Assembly (NCBI GenBank): GCA_050506795.1
Contig: JBJHCF010000034.1
Coordinates: 1-57,670 of the forward strand
Origin: Opitutia bacterium
Lineage (GTDB): Bacteria; Verrucomicrobiota; Verrucomicrobiia; Opitutales; T3Sed10-336
DNA: 57,670 nucleotides
Direction of reading: 5' to 3'
Part shown: positions 1 through 11,381 of the stretch, piece by piece
How positions within the stretch are numbered: the stretch's first letter is position 1
Layout of the letters: every line of letters starts with the position of its first letter
Notes under the pieces: model-generated
What the model was told of the DNA's origin: nothing
What the model saw: only the letters and a program-made list of their open reading frames with translations
Database searches by the model: none
Position numbers and translations under genes: made by a program

Positions 1-1
1 C

Positions 2-3000
2 TTGTATATCGCCCATTCGGGCGGTTATGGCGGGCGAAAGCAGTCGGTTGAGCTGCAACGGGTCAGGATTTCCGACCTCGATGGTCTTGAGATGGCGGAT
101 GCTCGTATCCCTAAACCCGAGCCGGAGGTGATGGTAATCGAGGGGATCACCATTTCGGTCGAGGTGCAAGGCAGATGGGGAACGAGCGACCTGTCGGAGG
201 AAAAATATGGGGAGGAATACTATTTCATGGCTCCTGGAGGAGTCGGGGAGGTACGCTACACCGCCGAGTTGCCTGAAACGGGAGTGTATGATGTCTATGC
301 TTGGTGGAACACGCGCGGGTCACGTTATGGTGCGGTACCGTACACGATCAATCACGCCGACGGCAGCGATACCGTCGCGGTCGATCAGGGCAGCCAAGGG
401 GGGCGATGGGTCAAATTGGGAACGTACCGCTTCAAGGAGGGCGATGCCGTGGTCACGCTGAACGCCTATGGTTTCAATGATTACGTCGTCGCCGAAGCCG
501 TGCGTTTCGTCTCGCAGGGAGGAATGCCCCCGAAGGAGGCGATCGATTACCTGAACCTGGATGGGGCGGAAGTGTCGCGCCAGAAGGCTCTCACGCGTTG
601 GGGCATGCAGGAAATCGGGGCGGTCGTGTTACCGGAAGGGGATCTTGGGACCAAAGCGCCCGGCGATATCTTTGGGTGGCCGCACGCCGGGATTGCCGAT
701 GACACGCTGATTGTGCATTTCCGGATCTGGCCGTTGGACGACACGCAAACCAGTGGATTGATCCGGTCATTGGACGGCGGAAGGACATGGGAAGAGCCAA
801 ACTTTATCAACGACGGGTGGATTTTCACATTTGCCACTCTGGCAAGCGGAAAGATCGTCGGTACGGCGATCAACAAGGAGCAAAGCAATACCCTCACTGT
901 GATCACCTCGGAAGATAAGGGGGAGACCTGGACGAAGCACTTTGCCAGTGTGGACACACCGAGCTGGACAACGGCGCGGATGGTGGAGCATCCGCGATTT
1001 GGCCTGATTGTCGGGGGGCACCCGGGGAATGACCTTGTATTTTTGGTTTCCGAAGACGAAGGCCAAACCTGGCGCCGGGTCGGGTTTTCTCTCCCGGGCT
1101 TTTATACGGACGGTGCCGGCGTTTTTGGTTGGGACGGACGGTTGGGCGTGTTTCTTCGCACCGATCATGGCGCGGGCGATGGAGCTCATTGGAGCGCCTT
1201 CGGACAGGCCTATCCGACGAATATGGAGAGTGCCGACCAGTTTGAGGATTTGGAATGGAAATGGACGACGAACAATATGTTCGTGTCCAAGATGGACACT
1301 TCGGATGCGGTTTACAATCCCGTCAGTGGTCGGATTGAGGCGGTGACGACCAAGCGCGACGCCGGGTTTCCCTACCGGGACAGCGGGTTGAACTCGGCCA
1401 ATGAGGCAGGATATATGACGCTGAATCTTTGGAGCATCGCACCAGAAGCGTTCTTTGCCGGAAAGGCGGACTGGCGTTTCGAAGGGGTTCTGCTGAGAAG
1501 TAAAGGCGAGAAGGCAAGATTGGAAAATCCCCGGGAAGGGATGCATCCCTCCGGGACGGTGATTGATGAGAAAAACGGAGTCCAGCATATCTTTATCTAC
1601 GGCGGAGACCGGGCTCACGGAGCGGGAGCACCTCCGACAGGCAGGACGGGCATTTTCCGTGTGACCCGAACGTTGGATACCGTGCGCTGGCGGGAGAAGG
1701 TTGCCGAGTTGGACAACTACGATGAGATTTATCGTATCAACGAGAACTTTGACAATTTGGACCGTTGGGTGAGTAGTGGCAGCCCAACAGGCAAACTTCA
1801 ATTCCATCGAACCGAACCTCCGCGGCGGGTGAATGATCAGTACTTGCCCGGTGGAGGTTTGATCGAGACCGATGGCGATAGTCGTTTGTATTTCCGAACA
1901 GGCGATCCCGGGTACTACGGTCTGCATAGCGAGAATGTGATTGTCACCCACGATTACCGGATTGAATTTAAGGCACGGGTGGACCAGTATGCGGATGCGG
2001 GAGACACACTCGGTGTAAACGTCAACTATGGACCGCGGAAGTTTCATTTTATTCTGAGGAATGACGGCGTTTACGACCTAGCCGCGCAAGATGAGGCACG
2101 TTTGATCAAAGAAATGTCGATGGACGATGAATGGCATGTCTGGACGGTCGAGATGCGCGACGGTGAAGCTCGGTTGTACCAGAACGGGGAATATGTCGGG
2201 ACGGGTGCGCCGATGAACGATTCGGTCGTTGGAAACCGGCCGATTAGTATATACTCCAAACCTGCAGGGCCGATTGGCGGAGTAGTGGTCGACAATAACG
2301 ATGAAACGTACGTCGAGATAGAGGGCGAGTGGGGCCTGAGTTCACGGTCCAACGAGCGTTACGGACGTGACTACCTCTTCATGCAGCGGGGCGGGTCGGG
2401 CAAGGTACGTTATAATTTGCCGGTAACGGACGGTGGTGTTTACGAAGTATTCGGCTGGTGGAATTCTCTGGGCGGTCGCCATGATTCCGTTCCTTATACG
2501 ATCTCCCATGCCGCGGGAAAGACGTTGATTCGGGTGGATCAGAGAGCACAGGGCGGTCGCTGGGTCAGCCTCGGGGAATATTCTTTCGACCTGCCCGGCG
2601 CCTCCCAATATTTCCCCGATGCGACGTTGTTGTCTGTTGAAATCGAGGCTGAAGGGGTCGAATCGTATGTCGTAGCGGATGCCGTGAAATTTGTTCAGAG
2701 CGAAAATGCACAGAATATTTCGAGGGCGGAGTGGCGGATGGAATATTTTCATTTTGAGAATTTGCCGGAGCATTCCGGTGACGTCGGGGTTGGCATGACG
2801 AGTTTTGAGTCGTGGAAGATCGCGAACTTTTCCGATCCCACCGCGGCCTCAGCTGCTCCCGATGCGGATCCTGCCGGCGACGGTATTTCGAATACACTGA
2901 AATATGCTCTGGGGCTTTCGCCGCATGCTCCGATCGACCGTCCATTGACGGGGGTGGGCGTTCGAAACGTGATGGGGTCGAATTTTCTGACTCTGAGTTT

Positions 3001-3202
3001 CCAGCGGCCGGATGCTCTCGGGGATGTCACCTATTACGTCGAGGCATCCGACAATCTACTCGATTGGCCGAATTATGCTTTGAAATTGATGGCGGAGCCT
3101 CATGACGACGGCACCACAACCGTTACTTACCGGGATTTGCAGCCGATTGGTTTGTCAAAAGAGCGTTTTCTCCGGCTGCGCGTCCAACTCGACCTACGAT
3201 GA
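2..3202 (+). CDS. 5'-truncated multidomain exported protein: Golvesin/Xly-CBD-like domain, BNR/sialidase-like propeller, ConA-like domain with a second Golvesin-like insert, shared C-terminal domain
   Basis: Open from the window edge. Two similar segments (VYDVYAWW..VPYTINHADG..VDQ..GGRWVKLGTY and VYEVFGWW..VPYTISHAAG..VDQ..GGRWVSLGEY). Asp-box motifs SLDGGRTW, SEDKGETW, SEDEGQTW. Ends GDGISNTLKYALG..FLRLRV. Confidence 0.75.
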   Translation: MYIAHSGGYGGRKQSVELQRVRISDLDGLEMADARIPKPEPEVMVIEGITISVEVQGRWGTSDLSEEKYGEEYYFMAPGGVGEVRYTAELPETGVYDVYAWWNTRGSRYGAVPYTINHADGSDTVAVDQGSQGGRWVKLGTYRFKEGDAVVTLNAYGFNDYVVAEAVRFVSQGGMPPKEAIDYLNLDGAEVSRQKALTRWGMQEIGAVVLPEGDLGTKAPGDIFGWPHAGIADDTLIVHFRIWPLDDTQTSGLIRSLDGGRTWEEPNFINDGWIFTFATLASGKIVGTAINKEQSNTLTVITSEDKGETWTKHFASVDTPSWTTARMVEHPRFGLIVGGHPGNDLVFLVSEDEGQTWRRVGFSLPGFYTDGAGVFGWDGRLGVFLRTDHGAGDGAHWSAFGQAYPTNMESADQFEDLEWKWTTNNMFVSKMDTSDAVYNPVSGRIEAVTTKRDAGFPYRDSGLNSANEAGYMTLNLWSIAPEAFFAGKADWRFEGVLLRSKGEKARLENPREGMHPSGTVIDEKNGVQHIFIYGGDRAHGAGAPPTGRTGIFRVTRTLDTVRWREKVAELDNYDEIYRINENFDNLDRWVSSGSPTGKLQFHRTEPPRRVNDQYLPGGGLIETDGDSRLYFRTGDPGYYGLHSENVIVTHDYRIEFKARVDQYADAGDTLGVNVNYGPRKFHFILRNDGVYDLAAQDEARLIKEMSMDDEWHVWTVEMRDGEARLYQNGEYVGTGAPMNDSVVGNRPISIYSKPAGPIGGVVVDNNDETYVEIEGEWGLSSRSNERYGRDYLFMQRGGSGKVRYNLPVTDGGVYEVFGWWNSLGGRHDSVPYTISHAAGKTLIRVDQRAQGGRWVSLGEYSFDLPGASQYFPDATLLSVEIEAEGVESYVVADAVKFVQSENAQNISRAEWRMEYFHFENLPEHSGDVGVGMTSFESWKIANFSDPTAASAAPDADPAGDGISNTLKYALGLSPHAPIDRPLTGVGVRNVMGSNFLTLSFQRPDALGDVTYYVEASDNLLDWPNYALKLMAEPHDDGTTTVTYRDLQPIGLSKERFLRLRVQLDLR

Positions 3203-3300
3203 TTGCCGGAGTGTTGAGAGAAATTACGGAGTGCCGATGATATATGGAAAGGTTTATGTTACATATAATTCACTCTTACGGACGACAGAGTTCGTTTAAC

Positions 3301-4329
3301 ATGAATCGGAGGTGGTTCCGAAACCGGGCGAGGTTCATCATCCTCTTTTCGGTTGGGTTGATTGCGAGTATCGCATTTTCCACTGAACCCTCCAAAGAAG
3401 ATAAGATTATTATTGCCCATCGGGGAGCATCAGCCTATCTGCCCGAACATACGATGGAAGCGTATGCATTCGCATACGCGCAAGGTGCGGATTACCTGGA
3501 GCCGGATTTGGTGCTAACCAAAGATGGTGTGCCTATCGCCCTTCATGATCTTGCCCTGTCAAGCACCACGGACGTCGCCAGAAGGTTCCCGGACCGCGCG
3601 CGGGCAAATGGGCAATTCTACGCGATCGACTTCACATTGGCGGAAATCAAACAACTCAAGGTAAAGGAACGGGTGAATCATGAGACGGAAGAGCAGGTAT
3701 ATCCCATGCGTTGGCGGAATCGGCACGAGGCTATTCATTTCCGCGTTCCGACCCTAAAAGAGGTAATCGAACTCGTTCAGGGGCTGAACGAATCCACAGG
3801 CCGAGATGTTGGCATTTATCCCGAGATCAAGTCGGCAGCCTGGCACATCGCGCAAGGATATGAATTTGAACGCATCCTGATGGACGTTCTGGAGGAGTAT
3901 GGCTATACATTACCAAAACACAATGTGATCGTTCAATCCTTCTCGCCGGAGAGTCTAATCCGGCTACGGCGAATGGGAAGCGAATTAACCCTCGTGCAGC
4001 TGATCCGAGGGGAAGGCGAGGTTTATGACGAGATGGTAACGGTGGAAGGGCTTGACCGGATATTGGAATATGCGAATGGAATCGGCCCGTCGGTTGCACG
4101 CCTTTTTGATTCTGACGGAACGCCTGTTCACAATCATTTTCTGGTAAAGGAGGCATCGAAACGCGGCTTGATTGTGCACCCATACACCATGCGGGCGGAC
4201 GATTTGCCCGGTTACGTGGCCAGCTATGAAGAGCTGCTTGAAAAAGTCTTTTTCCAGGCCGGAGCGGACGGTGTGTTTACTGATCATCCGGATTTGACGG
4301 TTAGGTTTTTAAAGGAACGAGCGAGGTGA
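3301..4329 (+). CDS. glpQ: Glycerophosphodiester phosphodiesterase, exported
   Basis: Motifs AHRGASAYLPEHT, EPDLVLTKDG, GIYPEIK, GVFTDHPD. ATG 3301 gives a signal peptide (ORF open from 3244). Confidence 0.92.
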   Translation: MNRRWFRNRARFIILFSVGLIASIAFSTEPSKEDKIIIAHRGASAYLPEHTMEAYAFAYAQGADYLEPDLVLTKDGVPIALHDLALSSTTDVARRFPDRARANGQFYAIDFTLAEIKQLKVKERVNHETEEQVYPMRWRNRHEAIHFRVPTLKEVIELVQGLNESTGRDVGIYPEIKSAAWHIAQGYEFERILMDVLEEYGYTLPKHNVIVQSFSPESLIRLRRMGSELTLVQLIRGEGEVYDEMVTVEGLDRILEYANGIGPSVARLFDSDGTPVHNHFLVKEASKRGLIVHPYTMRADDLPGYVASYEELLEKVFFQAGADGVFTDHPDLTVRFLKERAR

Positions 4330-5864
4330 AAAAGCGAATGAAAAATGTGGGAAAAGAATCAATTCCTCGGATTCGCCTCAATGCTTTATTGGTTCTTGGC
4401 GGGGTCGTCCTGGTTTCGCGGGCGGAAATTCTATGCTACGCCGATACTGTATCCGAGGCTTTTATTTCTTCGGGTAGTTTAGTCTGTGATGCGTGGGGGA
4501 CTGATTCGGGCGGTTTGGATTCGGTAATCGTTAGGCCCGATGAAGTTTTGCGGGAGGGAGCTGATAGGGTGGTTGGGATTAATTTGAACTATATCCGTGA
4601 CCATGACGCGAATCGTCCTCAGGGTTCCCGAACGCTGGATGAAGCCATCGATAAATTGGGGGCTCAGTGGCTGCGTTTCCCCGGAGGGGAAAAATCGGAC
4701 TGGCACCTTTGGGCGGAACCGCCGTTTGAGACACCGAACCCGGTAGGAGTTGGGTGGTATGCTACGCCAAAAGGGGTGCGCATGGATTTCGACCATTATA
4801 TGAAAAGAGTGCGTAAGGCCGGAGCGGAACCTTTTGTGGTTGTAGCTTATGATTCGGAAGAGAGGACAGGCCTAACGAGAGAAGAATATCTGGAGGCGGC
4901 CGTTGCCTGGGTGCGCTATGCTAATGAAATTATGGGTTATGGCGTGCGTTATTGGGAAATTGGAAATGAGAATTGGCACCATGGAACCTCAACTGGCGGG
5001 GATATGGTCGAAATTGTGGCCGAGTTCTCTCAAGCAATGAAAGATATCGATCCAGAGATCCAGATCGGCGCGAGCGGAAATCAGGATCAATGGTGGAAGG
5101 AATTTTTGCCTGAAGCCGCGCCTTATCTGGATTTTGTTTCTCTCAGTCTTTACAATGCATGGGAGTGGGGAGGATATGATTTCTATTCTGACAATCCTGA
5201 CACCAACCTGATTCGTGAGGTCGAGGTGGCGATTGATGCAATTGGTGCGCTTCCTGAACCCCACCGGGACCGGATTCGTGTTGTGGTTACCGAGACAAAT
5301 TCCAAAGATTTTAGTGATGGTGGCTGGTCTGATGAAAATTCGATCGGACATGCTGTAGTGACGTTCGATACGTTAGGAAGGCTGATCCGCACCCCCAGTG
5401 TCACTGCTGCAATGCTTTGGAACACCCGGTGGATGGATGATGATGAAGCGGAGGAGAGCCTTTGGTATGCGCTTGGCCCCTTGAACCAAATCAAACCCTC
5501 AGGTCTGGCCGTTGCAATTTGGGGGAAGTTCGCCTTGGAAAAGATGGTTTTCTGTGATTCTGGAACGGAGATGGTTGAGGGCTTTGCCTGCCACGATCCC
5601 AGGACTGGTTCGCTGAATGTGTTTCTTGTAAATAAAGGCGTGGCACCAATAAGCGAAGGACTGAATGTCATTGTTGAATCGAATGTCGAATTTACGTTAC
5701 GGGATACCTACCTGTTAAAAGGAAGGTCGCCGGACGATGTCGATCCGGTGTGGGGCGCCCATCCCAATCTGACGACCGGAGGCAATGGGCTCTGGAATCT
5801 GGTTCTTCCTCCGCACTCCGTCACCATTTTGCTGTTGGAATCAAAGGAAAGCGGAACCCGGTGA
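4326..5864 (+). CDS. Clan GH-A glycoside hydrolase (GH51/alpha-L-arabinofuranosidase-like), exported
   Basis: LRFPGG, YWEIGNE (acid/base), VVVTETN (likely nucleophile), C-terminal beta-sandwich ending LPPHSVTIL. Overlaps the glpQ stop (GTGA). Exact family uncertain. Confidence 0.75.
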   Translation: MKKRMKNVGKESIPRIRLNALLVLGGVVLVSRAEILCYADTVSEAFISSGSLVCDAWGTDSGGLDSVIVRPDEVLREGADRVVGINLNYIRDHDANRPQGSRTLDEAIDKLGAQWLRFPGGEKSDWHLWAEPPFETPNPVGVGWYATPKGVRMDFDHYMKRVRKAGAEPFVVVAYDSEERTGLTREEYLEAAVAWVRYANEIMGYGVRYWEIGNENWHHGTSTGGDMVEIVAEFSQAMKDIDPEIQIGASGNQDQWWKEFLPEAAPYLDFVSLSLYNAWEWGGYDFYSDNPDTNLIREVEVAIDAIGALPEPHRDRIRVVVTETNSKDFSDGGWSDENSIGHAVVTFDTLGRLIRTPSVTAAMLWNTRWMDDDEAEESLWYALGPLNQIKPSGLAVAIWGKFALEKMVFCDSGTEMVEGFACHDPRTGSLNVFLVNKGVAPISEGLNVIVESNVEFTLRDTYLLKGRSPDDVDPVWGAHPNLTTGGNGLWNLVLPPHSVTILLLESKESGTR

Positions 5865-5993
5865 GCATGTTCAGTCAGATGGTCTCACTCGGCAATTACA
5901 ATGCTGCGGCTTCCATTCGTATTCCGCGTGGGTTTGGAAATATGTCCATGTTTGTCTTTGATCTGATTTCAGTATGGGAGGGTCCATAAGAAC

Positions 5994-6070
5994 GCCTGAC
6001 CAGGCTGACCACGCCGGGTGCCTGGCCGCCACCCAGGCGCGGGATAACGTGAGTAGCCTGATCTTGAGCG
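5994..6070 (+). mobile_element. Degenerate attC-like hairpin
   Basis: GCCTGAC starts 4 bp after the TAA (5989) of a short orphan ORF end. Arms CAGGCTGACCACG / CGTGAGTAGCCTG pair imperfectly, with an inner GCCTGG/CCAGGC stem. The terminal GTT is absent. Confidence 0.3.
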
Positions 6071-6156
6071 GCCTGTGTTATCGCTTCAATCCTCAAGGTT
6101 TGGAAATGTTTGCGGACTTGGTGCACACGGATTAACGAGAAAATAATAAGTTGTTG

Positions 6157-7095
6157 ATGAGCACAAAGTCAAAATTACCGATTCCGTTGCGGGGAATTAT
6201 ACCCCCACTGGTCACTCCACTGAACCAGACCGACGAGCTGGACGTTGCCGGCCTCGAACGTTTGATTGAGCATGTTCTTGACGGAGGGGTGCATGGTCTA
6301 TTCGTGCTGGGAACGACCGGTGAAGCTCCGAGCTTGAGTTATCGTCTGAGACGTGAAGTAATTGATCGTGTTTGCCGACAGGTTTCCGGTCGTGTGCCGG
6401 TTCTGGTTGGTATTACCGATACGGCCTTCGTAGAGTCGATTAACCTTGCGGAACACGCCGCTAATGCCGGTGCTCAGGGGTTGGTGCTGGCGCCTCCTTA
6501 TTACTTTCCTGCAGGTCAACCCGAACTGATGGAATACATTGAGCATATTGTGCCGCACCTGTCGCTGCCGGTGTTGCTTTACAATATGCCGAGTCACACG
6601 AAATTGATTTTCGAGCCAGCCATTGTTCGCCGGGCGGCCGAGCTGCCGGGCGTGATCGGCATCAAGGATAGTTCCGGCAACATGATCTATTTTCACAGGT
6701 TACAGGCGCTGTTCAAGGACAAAAGGGACTTTACGTTGCTGGTGGGTCCGGAAGAGCTGCTCGGGGATTCCGTGATGCTTGGGGGGCACGGAGGCGTCAA
6801 CGGTGGAGCGAACCTGTTCCCGCGCCTCTATGTCGGCCTCTATCAGGCCGCGCTAGCGGGCGATCGAGATACGGTCGGGCGTCTGCACGAAGTCGTCATG
6901 GATATCAGTGGTACCTTGTACAGCGAAGGGCGTTATGGTTCCAGTTTCATAAAAGGAATCAAATGCGCTTTGGCTCTGGAGGGGATCTGCAACGATTATT
7001 TGGCGGAACCCTTTCACCGGTTTCGTGAACCGGAACGGATAAAAATCCGGGATCATCTAGACCGGTTGCGCAGAATCAGCAACGATTTTTCCTGA
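6157..7095 (+). CDS. Dihydrodipicolinate synthase family (class I aldolase/lyase), probably sugar-acid catabolism
   Basis: GTTGE, LLYNMP and Schiff-base GIKDSSG motifs. Confidence 0.9.
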   Translation: MSTKSKLPIPLRGIIPPLVTPLNQTDELDVAGLERLIEHVLDGGVHGLFVLGTTGEAPSLSYRLRREVIDRVCRQVSGRVPVLVGITDTAFVESINLAEHAANAGAQGLVLAPPYYFPAGQPELMEYIEHIVPHLSLPVLLYNMPSHTKLIFEPAIVRRAAELPGVIGIKDSSGNMIYFHRLQALFKDKRDFTLLVGPEELLGDSVMLGGHGGVNGGANLFPRLYVGLYQAALAGDRDTVGRLHEVVMDISGTLYSEGRYGSSFIKGIKCALALEGICNDYLAEPFHRFREPERIKIRDHLDRLRRISNDFS

Positions 7096-7416
7096 TTCTG
7101 GTTGCTTGCGTTCCTCACCCGTTAATGGAATCCTCCACTAACAGGCGTAGGTCTTCGAAAGTGGTAAGCCGGCTTATGGTCCCGAATATTCTAAGTTCAC
7201 CTTTGTGGGCGGGTATATGTCGTGTACCTCGTGAATATTAAGGCTTCCAGAATAATTCCGACGGTCGCGATTTTGAATTTAAGTCCTGTGCTTTGGGCAC
7301 AATGAGAAAAGCGCCTTTTCCGTTCACCAGCATAACGACTGCGCGCGAAGCGAGCCAATGGAAAATCCAAAATATATGTTCCTCATATTTCGGTTTCATT
7401 AATAAGTGACCTGGCA

Positions 7417-8700
7417 TCACGTACCGGAGTTTGATCCATTATCTTTGAAGAGTCGTTTGCCGGCAATGTAATGTTCGGAGAGGATGGCGGCGGCGGCGCT
7501 CCATGCCATGGATTGTGTGCCGCCTGGGGTGAACCGTTTTCCGTGAAGAAATTCCGGAAAGCCTTTTTCCTTTTCTTTATCATCGCTTTTGCGGTTCGCC
7601 TCGTGAATCCCACGGCAATAGGCTTTGGCCGCTTTCATCTTGTTGCGTTGGGCCAGGCTGGCGGCATAGAAGCCGGTCACCATTGGCCAAAGACCGCCGT
7701 TGTGGTATTCATAGGGCTCGTTTTTAAATGAGTGGGAAAAGGTGGTTTGAAGGTGCTCCCAGTCCTCGTCTTTTGGGGTGATGACCGGACTGAAGGCGGG
7801 GAGAAGTTTGATTTCATCCGGAACAATATGTTCGGTGATATAGTCGTCCACGGCATTGGACCTGGACTCGGCGGCGACCTGGAACAGTGTGACAAGGGAA
7901 TTGGCAAGGGAGTCGAATCGGTAGCCGTAGCCGAAGGGGGAGAAGAAGGGCATCCAATAGGCGCCGTGGCAATGAGGGGCGGCTTTCCGCCCTTTTTCGA
8001 ATAGAATTTTGTGGTATACGTCCCTGGGCGGTTTATCGGAATTTGAAAACCAGTAGTTCGCCTGAATCAAATGCTCCAGACGGGCTACTTTTTCATCCAG
8101 GGCATGATCGTCACCTTCATGCTGGAAGCGATGGATGGTGCAGAATGCTCTCAGGGCTTGGAGATAAAGAAGCTGGTCGTAAAGCACGTAGCCGCTTTGC
8201 ATGTACTCATCCGCCCAGTCCCCGGTCGGAGGAATGTAAAGCAGCCCGCGATTGTTAAATTCCCAGGCTCCGAGCAAGAATCTAATTTGTTCCAATGTCC
8301 CGAGCATTTTATCAAGAAAAGCATCATCCTCGGTGTGTCGCCAGTATTCAACACAGGCGATGACAAACCACAGGTTCGCATCGACCCGGCCGGCAGTCCC
8401 GCCATAGCTGATCCGTTGTGTTCCCGGATCCACGTTGCTGGGTATTTCCCCATGGGGACCCTGATTCTGGGCCAGGGTAACAAGGCTCAGCCGGAGTCCT
8501 TCGATCAGTTCTTCGTCGTCGCTGAGCAGGGCGGACAAGCCGGTAATGGCGCTGTCGCGTCCCCAGATGCGGGCATAATTGGCGCGCTTTTGGGGCGAGG
8601 CGACAAATCCATTGGACGTCTTGCAGGTATGCAGCAGCTTGATTGCAGCTTCATAGCCCTCAGCATCGATGTATTCGGTTTTATTCTTTTTATCGCTCAT
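7417..8700 (-). CDS. (alpha/alpha)6-barrel glycosidase (GH100-like / amylo-alpha-1,6-glucosidase-like)
   Basis: NYARIWGRD, GDWADEY, YHNGGLWP and MAWSAA motifs. No signal peptide. Confidence 0.75.
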   Translation of the reverse strand: MSDKKNKTEYIDAEGYEAAIKLLHTCKTSNGFVASPQKRANYARIWGRDSAITGLSALLSDDEELIEGLRLSLVTLAQNQGPHGEIPSNVDPGTQRISYGGTAGRVDANLWFVIACVEYWRHTEDDAFLDKMLGTLEQIRFLLGAWEFNNRGLLYIPPTGDWADEYMQSGYVLYDQLLYLQALRAFCTIHRFQHEGDDHALDEKVARLEHLIQANYWFSNSDKPPRDVYHKILFEKGRKAAPHCHGAYWMPFFSPFGYGYRFDSLANSLVTLFQVAAESRSNAVDDYITEHIVPDEIKLLPAFSPVITPKDEDWEHLQTTFSHSFKNEPYEYHNGGLWPMVTGFYAASLAQRNKMKAAKAYCRGIHEANRKSDDKEKEKGFPEFLHGKRFTPGGTQSMAWSAAAAILSEHYIAGKRLFKDNGSNSGT

Positions 8701-8719
8701 TTCTATCCGGACTGGCGAA

Positions 8720-9496
8720 TCAGGATTTCTTCTTCTCGTGCGTCTCCTGTGTTTTGTTGAAAAGCCCGCGAATCAATTCCATCGGCATCGGGAATACGAT
8801 GGTCGAGTTGTTCTCGGCGGCGATGCTGTTAAGAGTTTGCATGTAGCGCAGGTTGATGGCCTGGTCGTTACGCGCGAGGATTCCGGCGGCCTCGGTGAGT
8901 TTTTCGGATGCCTGAAGTTCCCCTTCCGCGTGGATGACCTTGGCGCGCCGGGCTCGTTCGGCTTCGGCTTGCTGCGCGATGGCACGGACCATCGACTCGT
9001 TTATGTCGACGTGTTTAATCTCGACGTTGGAAACCTTGATTCCCCAGGCGTCTGTCTGGGCATCGAGGATCTCCTGAATATCGGCGTTGAGTTTGTCTCG
9101 CTCGGCGAGCATTTCATCGAGTTCATGTTTGCCGAGAACCGAGCGCAGAGTTGTCTGTGCCAACTGGCCTGTGGCGTCGAGATAGTGCTCGACGTTGATG
9201 ATCGCTTTCTGGGGATCGATGACTCGGAAATAGATTACGGCATTGACCTTAACCGAAACATTGTCACGCGAAATCACGTCCTGGCTGGGCACATCCATAA
9301 CGATAATACGCAGATCCACGCGAACGAGTTGCTGAATCACCGGTATGACGATGACCAGGCCCGGTCCCTTGACTTTCCAGAAACGGCCAAGCTGAAATAT
9401 AACGCCGCGCTCGTACTCGCGGAGCACGTAGATCGCCGAAGCGGCCAGAATGACAAGCAACAGAGCGATGATTCCTAGAATATACGTCGTGGTCAT
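8720..9496 (-). CDS. Slipin / SPFH (stomatin-like) membrane protein
   Basis: N-terminal [61 protein letters not shown] overlaps the nfeD stop (ATGA). Confidence 0.95.
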   Translation of the reverse strand: MTTTYILGIIALLLVILAASAIYVLREYERGVIFQLGRFWKVKGPGLVIVIPVIQQLVRVDLRIIVMDVPSQDVISRDNVSVKVNAVIYFRVIDPQKAIINVEHYLDATGQLAQTTLRSVLGKHELDEMLAERDKLNADIQEILDAQTDAWGIKVSNVEIKHVDINESMVRAIAQQAEAERARRAKVIHAEGELQASEKLTEAAGILARNDQAINLRYMQTLNSIAAENNSTIVFPMPMELIRGLFNKTQETHEKKKS

Positions 9497-10926
9497 GGTT
9501 TTTTCTCCTGTTCTGTTTGTGGTTCGGGGACAACGGTGAGCAAGAGGTTGTCGACGCGGGACACCCGCACAGTTTGGCCCTTGCGCACGGGCGTATCCGT
9601 CCGTGCACGCCAAGATTCTCCCTGCACATTGACTCGTCCTTCGTTATCGAAATTGTCCATGGCGGTCCCGAGTGCGCCCAGGAGGGCTTCGGTTCCGCTG
9701 ACAACCGGGCGGCGCCAAGCCTTTAGGGCCATGGAGAGAACGAATACAAAAACGACCGCGCTCAACGCGGCAAAGGTGAGTATCACCGGCATCGAAATTT
9801 CGAATCCGGGAACGTTCGGCTCGATAAGAATGATCCCGCCGAAGATGAACGCAATGACCCCGCCGATCCCGAGGGCTCCGAAACTGGGAGCGAACGCTTC
9901 GGCGATCATGAGTGCGACCCCGAGAAAAATCAGGGCCAAACCAGCATAGTTCACGGGCAGGAGCTGAAAGGCGAAAAGCGCGAGAATCAGGCAAATCGCC
10001 CCGGTGACACCGGGAACGAGGGCGCCGGGGTTGGCGAATTCCAGAATTAAACCGTATACCCCCAGCATCATCAGGATGAACGCGAGGTTGGGATTGGTGA
10101 GGATAGCCAGCAAACGGTTACGCCAGTCGGGCTCGATCACCTCGACGGTCAGGTTCTTCGTCGCCAGCGCCCGCTCCGCTCCGAGCACTTCGACGCTGTA
10201 GCCGTCCATTGCCTCCAGCAATGCGTCGATGTCCTGAACGAGAAAATCAATGACATTCATCTCGATGGCTTCGGATGAGGTCAGGCTGACTCCTTCACGC
10301 ACAGCTTTCTCGGCCCATTCCGCGTTCCGGCCGCGCAATTCGGCGAGGCCCTTGATGTACGCCACGGCGTCGCTGATCATTTTGCGCTCCATCGCATCGG
10401 GTCCGGATTCCTCCGATTCTTCTTCATCCTCTTGGGGTTCAAAATTCATAGGAGGACTCCCGCCGCCGCCCAGGCGAACGGGGGTGGCGGCGCCGAGGTG
10501 GGTTCCTCGCGTCATGGCGGCAACGTGGGAGGCGTACAGTATGTACGTCCCGGCACTCGTCGCTCGCGCGCCCTCAGGCGCGACGAAAACCGCAATCGGC
10601 ACGGGCGAATCGAGGATTTTGCGAATAATCGTCCGCATCGACGCATCCAATCCGCCCGGCGTATCCATGCGCACGATCACTACTTCGGCACCCATTTCTC
10701 GCGCTTTCTTCAGCGAACGCCCCAGGTAGTCGTCGGTCGCCGGGCCGATCGGCCCCTCCATTTCCAGCAGGACCGCCGTTCCGGAACCGTTCGGTGAAGC
10801 GCTTTGCGTCTCCCCGCCGAGGAGAGGCGCACCAGGGCCGAGACCGGCTGCGAGGAGCCACCAGACCAGGTAAACGGCAAGCCGGCTCAAGGATCCGTCT
10901 CGGCATAGATGACGTCCCGTTAGCAT
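9493..10926 (-). CDS. nfeD: NfeD family membrane-bound serine protease (ClpP-like domain, TM region, OB fold)
   Basis: [31 protein letters not shown], hydrophobic core, VQGESWRA. Canonical pairing with a slipin. Confidence 0.92.
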   Translation of the reverse strand: MLTGRHLCRDGSLSRLAVYLVWWLLAAGLGPGAPLLGGETQSASPNGSGTAVLLEMEGPIGPATDDYLGRSLKKAREMGAEVVIVRMDTPGGLDASMRTIIRKILDSPVPIAVFVAPEGARATSAGTYILYASHVAAMTRGTHLGAATPVRLGGGGSPPMNFEPQEDEEESEESGPDAMERKMISDAVAYIKGLAELRGRNAEWAEKAVREGVSLTSSEAIEMNVIDFLVQDIDALLEAMDGYSVEVLGAERALATKNLTVEVIEPDWRNRLLAILTNPNLAFILMMLGVYGLILEFANPGALVPGVTGAICLILALFAFQLLPVNYAGLALIFLGVALMIAEAFAPSFGALGIGGVIAFIFGGIILIEPNVPGFEISMPVILTFAALSAVVFVFVLSMALKAWRRPVVSGTEALLGALGTAMDNFDNEGRVNVQGESWRARTDTPVRKGQTVRVSRVDNLLLTVVPEPQTEQEKKP

Positions 10927-11381
10927 AGCGATGACTGCAGTATAACCCTAATCCCGGATTTCGCCAACCCGAATCCGCTCGGCGCATAAAGCCTCGAAAA
11001 TAACCACCGGATCGATCCTCCCCTTTAGTTGGTTGCATCGGAGATTTTAGGGCCTGTAGAAGGCGATCCCACCACCTGGCAGGAGAGGCTTTGGTTTTTC
11101 GAGCCCAATCTTGGGAGCGGTTCAGGGCCTGGCAGCGTTAACGGTTGCTCGGGGGCGTCCGCCGGTCTGCCGGTCCGAATCGCGGGATCTTTTGAGTTTG
11201 CTTCGGAACTCAGGATCAGGCAACCTTCAGGCTCTTCGGGGCGGGACATTTGGGGCAAAGTGAAAATGGAGCAGAAGATCTGGTGCAAGTGTGCGAATTT
11301 TTTGAAAGGGTGCATCGCAAAGTAGTTCCGGCAACTCGTAACGGAACCAGGGAGATGTTTTTTGATCCTGGCCCTTTCCGC

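Noticed and set aside
7238..7420. 60-aa ORF coupled to the glycosidase, possibly the start of a lost downstream gene
   Set aside because: Coupling is suggestive, but only about 13 residues look protein-like; too weak to name.
11185..11220. REP-like hairpin GGATCTTTTGAGTTTGCTTCGGAACTCAGGATC
   Set aside because: Single degenerate copy in the window; cannot be told apart from a chance or terminator hairpin.
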